A stretch of 64,000 nt of DNA. Source: Bacteroidota bacterium (GTDB lineage: Bacteria; Bacteroidota; Bacteroidia; Bacteroidales; UBA12481). This document shows positions 8,332-17,601 of the stretch, in pieces. A program made the position numbers and the translations under genes. Position 1 is the stretch's first letter; each line of letters opens with the position of its first letter. Under the pieces are notes generated by a model. The model searched no databases and was not told the DNA's origin. It saw only the letters and a program-made list of their open reading frames with translations. The stretch lies in NCBI GenBank assembly GCA_018669475.1, contig JABHCC010000084.1, positions 25,912-89,911 on the forward strand. The letters run 5' to 3'.

Positions 8332-11108
8332 GGCAGATTTGGATCATACTGTTTACTATAATAGTGCTGTCAATACCAGCCCTCGGACAGGAAAGTGATG
8401 AAGCTGTGATGGATCTAGATTTTAATACGGTATCATTTAAAGAATTTGCAGACATCCTGCAGGAGGATCATGGAGTTTTCATCTTTTACAAATCAGAATG
8501 GACACAGGGTATCAGTATCTCATGCGAATCTGATTCCACAACTGTTTCAAAGCTGCTCGATCAGTTTTTGAAACCAAGAGGGATCAACTTTGTGTATAGA
8601 GGTAACAAACAATATTTTTTAACCGGACCAGAGCTGCAGATCGATCTTGAGAAAATTCATGTCGTAAATCCCCATCAACTGAATGGAGACAGCTTAAATC
8701 GAAGTACATCAAAAAATTATTTTGGGAGCTTTTCATATGAAAAAACGATCAAAAAAGTTGTTATTGGTGATGACGCAGTCAAACAAGGAGCCAGAAAATC
8801 ATTTCTTGCCGGACGTATTACTAACCTGTCAAATGGAGAATCAGTTATTGGGGCCACCGTCGTTGTTCCGGGAACAAACTTAGGAGCCATTTCAGATGCT
8901 GACGGCTCTTACCTGCTACCACTTGAATCAGGTGAGACATATAACCTGGTTGTATCTTGTCTGGGTATGGAAAGTGAACAGTTCCTCCTGGAGATGAACG
9001 GATCAGGAAATCTGAATATTGAGATGTTTCCCAAACTTATTGACATGAAAGAAGTGGTGGTGAAGTCAGGTGAGCACCATAATGTGAGGGGCATGCAAAT
9101 GGGATTCCAGAGACTTGGTCAAAAAGAAATCAAAAGTATCCCTGTAGTTATGGGAGAACGTGATATCCTCAAAGTTGCCAATATGATGCCCGGAATACAA
9201 ACTGTAGGTGAAGGCTCTGCTGGTTTTAATGTCAGAGGATCAGCTTCTGACCAAAACTTATTTCTGCTCAATGAGATACCTATTCTTAATACAGGGCACT
9301 TTTTTGGCTTTTTCTCAGCTTTTAATCCCGATATGATTAGCGGTTTCAATCTCTATAAAAGTAATTTTCCGGTTGAATTCGGAGGAAGGCTGGCCTCAGT
9401 ATTTGAAATATCTACCAGAAAGGGTAATAAAAAGAAATTCGGCGCACGGGGAAGTCTCAGTCCGGTAACAGGATCACTGTTATTAGAAACTCCAATCGTA
9501 AAAGACAAAAGCTCATTTATTTTTAGTGTCAGATCGACCTATTCTGACTGGATACTTAATCGACTTGATGATGCAGACATTTATGAACGAAATGCATCAT
9601 TTAACGATATGATGGCAGGTGTTCACCTGATAGGAGAGAATAATGATTCATGGCAGGTATTCGCTTATCGTAGTAAGGATAAGTTCGCTCTTTCAACAAG
9701 CAACGAATATCGCTATGAGAATCTGGGTGGATCTATAATATATAATCGTCAGGTTTTTAGTAGCTGGAGTATGAAACTTGCACTGGTAGCCAGCAATTAT
9801 CAAAATTATCAGCTTAATAAAGAACAGGCCTCAAGAGCATTTGAACATGAATTCAATGTAAGATCTCAGGAAATAAAAGTCAATTTCTCGGGCTATCCCC
9901 TGGCCGGACATAAAACCGGTTTTGGGGCTAACATCATCCTGCACAATCTGAACCAGGGAACAATTAATCCGTATGGAGCTGAGTCCATCCTCTCTCCCAT
10001 AAGTTTTGGCAAAGAAAACGGTTTGGAGTATGGTTTACATGCTTTTGATGAAATCTCGATCACTGATAAACTATCGTTGTATGCAGGTATTCGATATAGC
10101 CTTTTCAACTACCTGGGACCTAATGAAAGTTACGCATATGCCGATAACAAGGCTATCGAAAGAGATAATATTATTGATACTATTTATCATCCGGCAGGAA
10201 AAAATATTCAGCATTACTCCGGACCTGAATATCGTTTATCAATGAATTATGTCCTGACTCCTGATCTGTCTGTTAAGATGAGTTACAATAAGATGCGGCA
10301 GTATCTTTTTATGTTGTCAAATACTGCAGCTGTCGCTCCTACTGATCGCTGGAAACTCACTGATCAATACATTACGCCTCCGGTTTCAGACCAGCTAAGT
10401 TTTGGCGTATACAAGAATTTTAACAGCTCCTCATTTGAGACCTCTGCTGAAGTGTACTACAAAAACAGCAGCAATATCATTGAATATAAGGATGGTGCAG
10501 ACCTTGCTTTCAATCCTGTTATTGAAACTCTTGTTTTACAGGGTAATCAGAAAGCATGGGGAATTGAGCTGTTTATCAAACGTAATGCAGGCAGGTTTAC
10601 TGGTTGGGCCAGTTATACATACGCCAGATCACTACTAACTGTTAATGGTGAAGAGTCGTGGCAGAAAATTAACCAGGGCCTTACCTATCCTGCAAATTAT
10701 GACAAACCACATGCTTTCAATTTTGTGGGCAACCTTAAGATATCACGACGTATTTCTCTTGCATCGAATGTTGTTTATAATTCAGGACGGCCTATCACAT
10801 TTCCAACCGGATTTTACTATGTTGACGGTTACCAGGTGATAAATTACTCCCAACGAAATGAGTACAGGGTTCCCGACTATTTCAGAGTTGACCTGTCATT
10901 AAGCATCGAGGGTAATCTTAAACGAGAAAAAGCAGCACATGGCTCCTGGATGTTTTCGGTATACAATCTTACAGGAAGAAAGAATCCATATTCGGTGTAT
11001 TTCAGCAATGACAGGGGCCAGATAAAAGGTTACAGATTATCTGTTTATGGAGTCCCGATATTCACAATTTCATATAATTTCAAATTGGGTAATTATGCGG
11101 TTGAGTAG
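8328..11108 (+). CDS. TonB-dependent receptor with N-terminal STN-like and carboxypeptidase-regulatory-like domains
   Basis: GESVIGATV (CarboxypepD_reg-like), plug motif GFNVRG..DQNLFL, GGRLASV, C-terminal YNLTGRKNPYS..ISYNF. Confidence 0.92.
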   Translation: MRQIWIILFTIIVLSIPALGQESDEAVMDLDFNTVSFKEFADILQEDHGVFIFYKSEWTQGISISCESDSTTVSKLLDQFLKPRGINFVYRGNKQYFLTGPELQIDLEKIHVVNPHQLNGDSLNRSTSKNYFGSFSYEKTIKKVVIGDDAVKQGARKSFLAGRITNLSNGESVIGATVVVPGTNLGAISDADGSYLLPLESGETYNLVVSCLGMESEQFLLEMNGSGNLNIEMFPKLIDMKEVVVKSGEHHNVRGMQMGFQRLGQKEIKSIPVVMGERDILKVANMMPGIQTVGEGSAGFNVRGSASDQNLFLLNEIPILNTGHFFGFFSAFNPDMISGFNLYKSNFPVEFGGRLASVFEISTRKGNKKKFGARGSLSPVTGSLLLETPIVKDKSSFIFSVRSTYSDWILNRLDDADIYERNASFNDMMAGVHLIGENNDSWQVFAYRSKDKFALSTSNEYRYENLGGSIIYNRQVFSSWSMKLALVASNYQNYQLNKEQASRAFEHEFNVRSQEIKVNFSGYPLAGHKTGFGANIILHNLNQGTINPYGAESILSPISFGKENGLEYGLHAFDEISITDKLSLYAGIRYSLFNYLGPNESYAYADNKAIERDNIIDTIYHPAGKNIQHYSGPEYRLSMNYVLTPDLSVKMSYNKMRQYLFMLSNTAAVAPTDRWKLTDQYITPPVSDQLSFGVYKNFNSSSFETSAEVYYKNSSNIIEYKDGADLAFNPVIETLVLQGNQKAWGIELFIKRNAGRFTGWASYTYARSLLTVNGEESWQKINQGLTYPANYDKPHAFNFVGNLKISRRISLASNVVYNSGRPITFPTGFYYVDGYQVINYSQRNEYRVPDYFRVDLSLSIEGNLKREKAAHGSWMFSVYNLTGRKNPYSVYFSNDRGQIKGYRLSVYGVPIFTISYNFKLGNYAVE

Positions 11109-12258
11109 TAAAATAATACTGGTAGTTTTGGTTTTCAGCCATTCCTGTATAGATCCTTTCCTGCCGGATACTACCGGTTATGATGATATGCTCTTTTTCG
11201 AATGCCTGTTTTCTGATGACACCAGCCAGGTAACTTCCTTAAGTATATCCCGATCAGTTCCCATGCTCACTATGAGTGGTAATAATGTGTCGAATATACC
11301 TGCGAAAATACGCGGAGCCAGTGCCCGAATTGACAGAAACGACGGTGAGCAGTATATTTTCACTGAAACAGAACCAGGGCTTTATGTTTTACCCAATGGG
11401 ATAATAGCTGAGATTGGAAAATCATATAAGCTGATCGTACATGTAGAACAAGAAACTTTCGAATCACAATTCCAAACACTTATTGAATCACCACCCATTG
11501 ATACCTTAACTTATAATGCTACTCTTCAGCGTCTCACAGAAGACGGAGAAGCTTATCAGGGTTATCGCTTTTATATTAGTTCAAATAATAATGATCCGGG
11601 ACCATCCTACTACAGATGGGACATGAATGCTACTTTTAAATATACAGTACCATTTGCTGCTACTCATACCTGGGATGGCAGGGAGGTGCATCCGGCATCT
11701 AACCGAGATCTCAGAACCTGCTGGAAAAGCAAAAATATTCTTGGAATTTTCGTGGGCAATTCCGAAGGCTTAGCTGAAAATAAAATCCAAAAAGCTCCCT
11801 TACATTTTGAATCTCAATATGGAGACGCCTTATCTATTCGCTATAGCCTGCTTGTAAAGCAACACGCAATCAGTGAATCAGTCTGGTCTTTTTGGAATAG
11901 TCTGGATAAACTGGTAAATCAATCGGGAGGACTTTACGAAACCCAGCCATTCAGAGTTGAAGGTAATATACATTGCACAACAAATCCTGAGCTTTTTGTC
12001 GCAGGTATTTTTGAAGTATCCGGTGTTACAGAAAAAAGGATCTTCCTGAATCAACCTACTGAATTTGAGATAATTCCGGTGAATTGCACTTTAGATACTA
12101 TCGGCACTGAAGATCTTCCATGGTACAGAGTTCCGGTGGGCGACTGGATTACCGAAGATTTCAGTTCTGGTGAGTTTTTTACCTCAAATCAAAAATGCTA
12201 TGACTGTACCCAAAAAGGTGGAACAACAGTAAAGCCTCCATTCTGGATTCACGATTAA
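11095..12258 (+). CDS. DUF4249 family lipoprotein
   Basis: Lipobox SHSC-IDPF from ATG 11095; F.ETEPGLY, YYRW, P..VEGNI, CYDC...GGT..KP.FW C-terminus. Confidence 0.8.
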   Translation: MRLSSKIILVVLVFSHSCIDPFLPDTTGYDDMLFFECLFSDDTSQVTSLSISRSVPMLTMSGNNVSNIPAKIRGASARIDRNDGEQYIFTETEPGLYVLPNGIIAEIGKSYKLIVHVEQETFESQFQTLIESPPIDTLTYNATLQRLTEDGEAYQGYRFYISSNNNDPGPSYYRWDMNATFKYTVPFAATHTWDGREVHPASNRDLRTCWKSKNILGIFVGNSEGLAENKIQKAPLHFESQYGDALSIRYSLLVKQHAISESVWSFWNSLDKLVNQSGGLYETQPFRVEGNIHCTTNPELFVAGIFEVSGVTEKRIFLNQPTEFEIIPVNCTLDTIGTEDLPWYRVPVGDWITEDFSSGEFFTSNQKCYDCTQKGGTTVKPPFWIHD

Positions 12259-12265
12259 TCAGAGT

Positions 12266-14398
12266 ATGAATAAAGCCAAATTACATAGTATAATCCTGAC
12301 AATAGCAATATTGTTATTAAGCGTATCCCTATTTGCTCAATCAGACAAGCAATCATACGCAAAGAACTTTCAGGAAACAATCTGGCTTAGCTCTGACAGG
12401 CATTTCTATCTATCGGGTGAATCTGTTTATTTCCAGGCCTTGTTGCTTGAAAAAGACAGTTATCAGCACTCTGTTTTGAGCATGGCTGCCAGGATAGAAT
12501 TATTAGATGAATCCGGAAAAAAAGTATTTAAGAGCAATTTTGAATTGCAGAATTCCAGGGTAAAGTCATCTTTTTCTCTTCCTTCCGATCTGGCCACAGG
12601 ATGGTATTATTTAAGAGCATACACGAACTGGATGCGTAATTTTCAGGTGAATGAATTTGCCATCCAGGCTATCAAAGTAGTGAATCCTGGCGATGATGAT
12701 CTGAACACAATATATAAGGAGGAAATACAAAATAAACATTCAGCTTCACCAATTCCGGATTCTCTGCAAAAGTACACGATCAATGTGAGTGAAGACAGAG
12801 ATAATCCAAACCAGGTCAATGTACAAGTCAAAGGCTTAAAGAACTATGGGATTACCAGTTTCAGGCTTCTGGTTCATCAGTCATACACCTGGTTTTGGTT
12901 TGAGGAGAAAAATTCCCTTAACGGCTTTTTGTTATTCCAGATTCCAAAAAACAAACTGCCAGGCGGTATTATGCAGTTCACACTGCTCAACAATAAAAAT
13001 GAAATTATCAAGCGTAAACTCTGGTCATCTTACACCCCTGAATCAAACCGACCTGCTATTAGTCTGACTGATTCTGTTTTGAACCTGCGTAGCCAGCATG
13101 AAGCAATTTATTCTCTTGATGACCTGAATATTAAGGGTAATCAAAATCAGCTATATACCCTGATCACTACTGATGAACCTTATGATCCGAATGATAGTAG
13201 TATTCCCGGTCTGGCTGGCTGGTCTGCTTCATCTAATATACCTTCAGACTATAAATCTTTTCAACATTGGTTACAAATCAATCATTATCCCGATACAATT
13301 GTGAAGGCATTTTTCCTGCCGGATAGTACCAGACCACAAAACATCCAGGCAAATGGCACCAGTCAGAATCCGGATATGGCAGGAATCCGCTATTATCCTG
13401 AAACACGTGCCGGCATAATGGGTGGCCGGGTTATTGACACAAATACAAGTGAGGGTGTTTCATCTGTATCAATCGCTATGAGTGTTTTGAACGACAACAG
13501 CTTTTATACAACAATAACAGATATCTCAGGATTCTTCTTCTTTGCCTTTCCTGATGTCCGGTCTCCTCTTGATTACATATTGAACTTCACTACCCAGCCA
13601 AAACAAAACTGGGAAATTGATATTTTCTCTGAATATGACGATAGAATTGATCATCAGCATAAAGAAAGCTTCTCCCTTGATTCAGTTGAGTTAGTTTTCC
13701 TTCGCGAATTGAAGATAAATTATCAGATAAACTCAGTATTTAAGACAGCAAAAGTCGAAAAAGGCAGCCTGCCCGATACATTTGTAAATAAAGCCCTGTT
13801 CTTTTATCCACCTGACTATTCAATTCATGTCGGAGACTATATCAAACTGGCAAATGTACGTGAGGTAATTTACGAAGTTGTTCCTAATGTAATCGTTCGG
13901 AATAAGAATGAAAAGCAAGTGATTAGCATGTATCTTAAAGATCCGGTTTCACGGGCTTATGAAACCCTCGTACTTCTTGATGGTATACCAATTACTCAAC
14001 ATAAGGACTTACTCCAGCTCCCCCCCGATCGTATTCATTCTATTGAGGTTAAGAATAGTATCTTCATCCACGGAAAGAATATATTCTCCGCAATAGTAAG
14101 TATCAGATCTAAAAATGGTGACTATGCCGGTTTAGATCTCCCTCAAACAGCCATATTATCCAGTATTGACCTTCCGGAAAAGTCTAAAACTGCCAATCTG
14201 CCTGATACTCCCCCTGCAAACTCAAACATTCCAAATCTCAACCAGACTCTTTTATGGGAAACCCTCCCGGATCAAGCAAACGGAAGTATTCAATTCCAAA
14301 CCACTGACCTGGCAAATAGATTAATTATCAGCATCATGGGATTTAACAAAAAAGGAGAATGGCAGTACAATAAGAGAACCATCGAGATTAAGAATTGA
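12266..14398 (+). CDS. Secreted MG2-like / TBDR-plug-like hypothetical protein of the DUF4249 operon
   Basis: Signal peptide; SDR.FY.SGE.V.F and L.TG.Y.LRAYTNWMRN (MG2-like); LLDGIP plug-like segment; TLLW C-terminus. Confidence 0.7.
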   Translation: MNKAKLHSIILTIAILLLSVSLFAQSDKQSYAKNFQETIWLSSDRHFYLSGESVYFQALLLEKDSYQHSVLSMAARIELLDESGKKVFKSNFELQNSRVKSSFSLPSDLATGWYYLRAYTNWMRNFQVNEFAIQAIKVVNPGDDDLNTIYKEEIQNKHSASPIPDSLQKYTINVSEDRDNPNQVNVQVKGLKNYGITSFRLLVHQSYTWFWFEEKNSLNGFLLFQIPKNKLPGGIMQFTLLNNKNEIIKRKLWSSYTPESNRPAISLTDSVLNLRSQHEAIYSLDDLNIKGNQNQLYTLITTDEPYDPNDSSIPGLAGWSASSNIPSDYKSFQHWLQINHYPDTIVKAFFLPDSTRPQNIQANGTSQNPDMAGIRYYPETRAGIMGGRVIDTNTSEGVSSVSIAMSVLNDNSFYTTITDISGFFFFAFPDVRSPLDYILNFTTQPKQNWEIDIFSEYDDRIDHQHKESFSLDSVELVFLRELKINYQINSVFKTAKVEKGSLPDTFVNKALFFYPPDYSIHVGDYIKLANVREVIYEVVPNVIVRNKNEKQVISMYLKDPVSRAYETLVLLDGIPITQHKDLLQLPPDRIHSIEVKNSIFIHGKNIFSAIVSIRSKNGDYAGLDLPQTAILSSIDLPEKSKTANLPDTPPANSNIPNLNQTLLWETLPDQANGSIQFQTTDLANRLIISIMGFNKKGEWQYNKRTIEIKN

Positions 14399-14400
14399 CT

Positions 14401-14484
14401 TATCGGGAATCGGGAGTCGGGAATCGGGAGTCGGGGACGTGGGGACATGGGGACTTCGGACACCGGACCGCGGACATCGGACCC
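14401..14484. repeat. Composite heptanucleotide tandem array
   Basis: CGGGAAT/CGGGAGT x4, then GGGGAC(N) units, then CGGAC(NN) units, between convergent genes. Confidence 0.9.
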
Positions 14485-14488
14485 AGAA

Positions 14489-15625
14489 TTAAGTCCGAAT
14501 ATCCTTCTGAAATATCCGGTATCTCTTTATCACTACCCCACCCATTTTCTCCATCTCTGCTCTAACCTGGTGATTAGTCTCAAGCTCACAATGACTATCA
14601 AAATAGGTTTTGCCAGCCTCACGACCAGATGCTATCATTTTTAATCCCATCAGAGTATCCAATCCCCTGCCCCGATATTTCGAATCGATGCCACCAAGTA
14701 GAAGGGTTATTTGCTTTGACCTTTTGCTTTCTTTGAGAATCTTGAAAATTCCAAATGGAAGAACACGTCCTTTGCACCTTTGAACTCCAACACCTATTTC
14801 TCCCATCCCAATAACAAATGCTACCGGCACATCATTACTGTCTACAATAACCTTAACAAATCGAGGATTAATAAAGATGAGATACCTGCTGGCAAACTCA
14901 TGCATTTCTCTTTCGGTCATGGCATCAAAGCCATATATATCTTTAAAAGTCTTGTTCAAAAGCTCCAAAACCGGCTTTACCATGGGCCGGAGCTTACGTC
15001 TTGATGTATATTCCAATAATCGCAACTTGGGATTGTTGCGTATAGTTCTTTCGCTGATTCTATTATAAATTGGTGGATCTTCATCTGGGATATCAACCTT
15101 GTAAGCGACCAGATCGATCTCTTTTGTGTAGCCTGCATTTTCAAGGATATCAATCATATACGGATAATTGCCATGTGAAGCAATAACCATAAGCCTTTCA
15201 AAACCTTCGATCAAATAACCTTGCGGATCCTTTTCAGAGAAGGCAAATGGACCTATCATCTTCAGCATTCCTTTTTCCCTGGCCCAATCCTCTACGTACC
15301 GCAAAAGTGAATGAGCAACTTCCTGATCATTATAGATTTCTAAAAAATTCCATCTACCATTACTCTCACTTTTTGCCTCGTTATACTTGTGGTTAATGAT
15401 TCCCATAATACGTCCGACAACCTTCTGATCCCTGTAGGCCAGTAATAAGATGGTATCACAATGGGCAAATGAATGATTTTTCTTTGGGTTGAAATAATTC
15501 CACTCATCCATATATATTGGATGCACCCAGCCTTTGTGGCCTTTATGTACTTTTTCGGGGAGGTAGATAAATTCTTTTAGTTCTTTCTTTCCGCTAACTT
15601 CTTTAATAGAAATTGATGTCGACAT
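14489..15625 (-). CDS. GNAT-family N-acyltransferase (YghO-like; possible bacterial ceramide synthase homolog)
   Basis: F..LP..H....WVHP..DE, VVGRI.GIIN, GP......G.LIEGF, Y.GRG, ELETN motifs; probable start 15625. Confidence 0.7.
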   Translation of the reverse strand: MSTSISIKEVSGKKELKEFIYLPEKVHKGHKGWVHPIYMDEWNYFNPKKNHSFAHCDTILLLAYRDQKVVGRIMGIINHKYNEAKSESNGRWNFLEIYNDQEVAHSLLRYVEDWAREKGMLKMIGPFAFSEKDPQGYLIEGFERLMVIASHGNYPYMIDILENAGYTKEIDLVAYKVDIPDEDPPIYNRISERTIRNNPKLRLLEYTSRRKLRPMVKPVLELLNKTFKDIYGFDAMTEREMHEFASRYLIFINPRFVKVIVDSNDVPVAFVIGMGEIGVGVQRCKGRVLPFGIFKILKESKRSKQITLLLGGIDSKYRGRGLDTLMGLKMIASGREAGKTYFDSHCELETNHQVRAEMEKMGGVVIKRYRIFQKDIRT

Positions 15626-15801
15626 AATATAATTCTGGCTGATTTCAGGCATCAAAATAAAACTATTTTTTTAACTTTCAGTTTATATCAACAACAGAGT
15701 ATTCACATGCTGACCAGATAATCGGAAAACTTGTCCGTCTGCTCATCTCAAAAGCACAATTACTATATTTACCCAAATTGTAAAAACCCAGATTATTTAT
15801 T

Positions 15802-16974
15802 ATGAACTTTTTTCCTCAAAGAAGATCAGGCCTAATCCCAATATTTGTCCTTTTATTTTTTCTGCTTTTTGGATGTAAACCTGAAAAGGTGCCACAAGAG
15901 TTTATCTTCAGTAATGCCCATGAGGCCTACATGGCTTCTCTTGAAAGTGCCGGATTATTAAATACCGCATTGGGCCGCGATTGGAAATCATTATCATTTC
16001 AATCTTTAGAGAACCCGGTGAATATTGAATTACCATTTCTGGAGCAGTTCCTACTTGACTCTGCGCTTCCCGGAAGTGCAGGCTATCGATTCCTTGTAAA
16101 ACGCGGACAAAAAATCGAAATTGACATTGATTTCTCCGGCAAAGACAGCACCCTTCTGTTTATTGATCTCTTCAGGGAAAAAGAGGATAATATTATCGAG
16201 TGGCATCCGGTAGGTAGTGCTTCAAAAGGAGAGCTTTTGCTGCAATATGAATCCCGACGTGATAATTATTATATCCTACGGATTCAGCCTGAATTACTTC
16301 GCGGTGGAACTTTTGAGCTTAGAATTATTGAAAAACCATCTTTGAAATTTCCTGTTTTAGGTCATGGCCGCAGAGATATCGGTAGTTTTTTTAATGAACC
16401 CAGAGATGGTGGCCGGAGGAAGCATCATGGTGTTGACATTTTTGCATCACGCCATACCGCTGTTTTAGCACCTGCAAGAGCATGGGTCAATAGCGTAGGA
16501 GAAAGTGATATTGGAGGTCGTCATGTATGGTTGCTCGATGGAAGTAGAACAGCCTATTATTACTTTGCTCATCTTCAGGAAATAAAAGTCAGCGAAAAGG
16601 TTTGGGTTAATCTAGGCGACACGATTGGGACAGTAGGAAACACTGGTAACGCCCGTACCACTCCTCCTCATTTACATTTCGGAATCTATTTGCAGCAATT
16701 AGGTCCGGTTGATCCACTGGCCTGGATATTAAAAACCGATACGAGCCCCGACAAAATCACTAATCAGTCTGTTGCCCTTTGCAGCAATAAAATTGTATCT
16801 GAACCAATCCGGATGAGCTATCATCTTACAGGTAATGGCGACTTTGACAGTCTGCTATCAGAGAATACCAGGATAAAAGTTCTTGGAAAATTTTCAGATT
16901 CCTTCCGCATACAATTAGAAAACTCTCTCACCGGTATTATTGACCTGGAAGATCTCATGGGGATGAGTCAATAA
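15802..16974 (+). CDS. M23 family metallopeptidase lipoprotein
   Basis: HHGVDIF (HxxxD), YFAHL, PPHLHF (HxH); lipobox LFGC. Confidence 0.9.
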   Translation: MNFFPQRRSGLIPIFVLLFFLLFGCKPEKVPQEFIFSNAHEAYMASLESAGLLNTALGRDWKSLSFQSLENPVNIELPFLEQFLLDSALPGSAGYRFLVKRGQKIEIDIDFSGKDSTLLFIDLFREKEDNIIEWHPVGSASKGELLLQYESRRDNYYILRIQPELLRGGTFELRIIEKPSLKFPVLGHGRRDIGSFFNEPRDGGRRKHHGVDIFASRHTAVLAPARAWVNSVGESDIGGRHVWLLDGSRTAYYYFAHLQEIKVSEKVWVNLGDTIGTVGNTGNARTTPPHLHFGIYLQQLGPVDPLAWILKTDTSPDKITNQSVALCSNKIVSEPIRMSYHLTGNGDFDSLLSENTRIKVLGKFSDSFRIQLENSLTGIIDLEDLMGMSQ

Positions 16975-17037
16975 GTCACATATTAAACATATTAAGTACT
17001 TAGCTGTTTGTAAATAGAGTGCACCTAATCTAAAAAA

Positions 17038-17508
17038 ATGGACCAATCAGCTATTTATATCGTAGCAGACTTTCTGCATACCCTAGCAACAATCATCTGG
17101 ATTGGAGGAATGACAAGTAACTTTCTGCTAATTATGCCAAGTGCAAAAAAAACACTTGAACCAGCACAAATGGGAAAGTTCATGTCTGGTTTAATGAAAC
17201 GATTTAAATGGATGGTATATGCTACCCTATTAACGCTTCTGGCAACAGGTGTTTATCTGGATCTTATTGCAGACGAAGCACTTGAGACTGACCTCATGGG
17301 CTCTTTAATGGGAGTTAAACATGGTATCATTACCGTGTTGGTTTTCCTCAGTTTATATTCCTTTGAGATATTTGCCCCAAAGGTTGGTAAAATTGCAGCT
17401 CAAGGACCTTCACCGAAACTGTTCAGCATGCAGAAGAAACAAATGATGATCGCAATGGCAGCTTTCGTATTGGCTTTGGTTGTAGTCTTTATATCTGTGT
17501 GGCGCTAA
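17038..17508 (+). CDS. CopD/DUF4149-like membrane protein
   Basis: HTLATIIWIGG motif, four TM helices, K-H in the third helix. Confidence 0.6.
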   Translation: MDQSAIYIVADFLHTLATIIWIGGMTSNFLLIMPSAKKTLEPAQMGKFMSGLMKRFKWMVYATLLTLLATGVYLDLIADEALETDLMGSLMGVKHGIITVLVFLSLYSFEIFAPKVGKIAAQGPSPKLFSMQKKQMMIAMAAFVLALVVVFISVWR

Positions 17509-17554
17509 TATAATCGGCACATTGCAAACCATCCTGAATGTTTTGCTTATGGTT

Positions 17555-17601
17555 CAATAGCTATTAACCTGCTATTAACTATACATTAACTTCTTTATTC
17601 T
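17555..17601 (+). repeat. 47-bp direct repeat, copy 1
   Basis: CAATAGCTATTAACCTGCTATTAACTATACATTAACTTCTTTATTCT, identical to 25469-25515. Confidence 0.95.
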
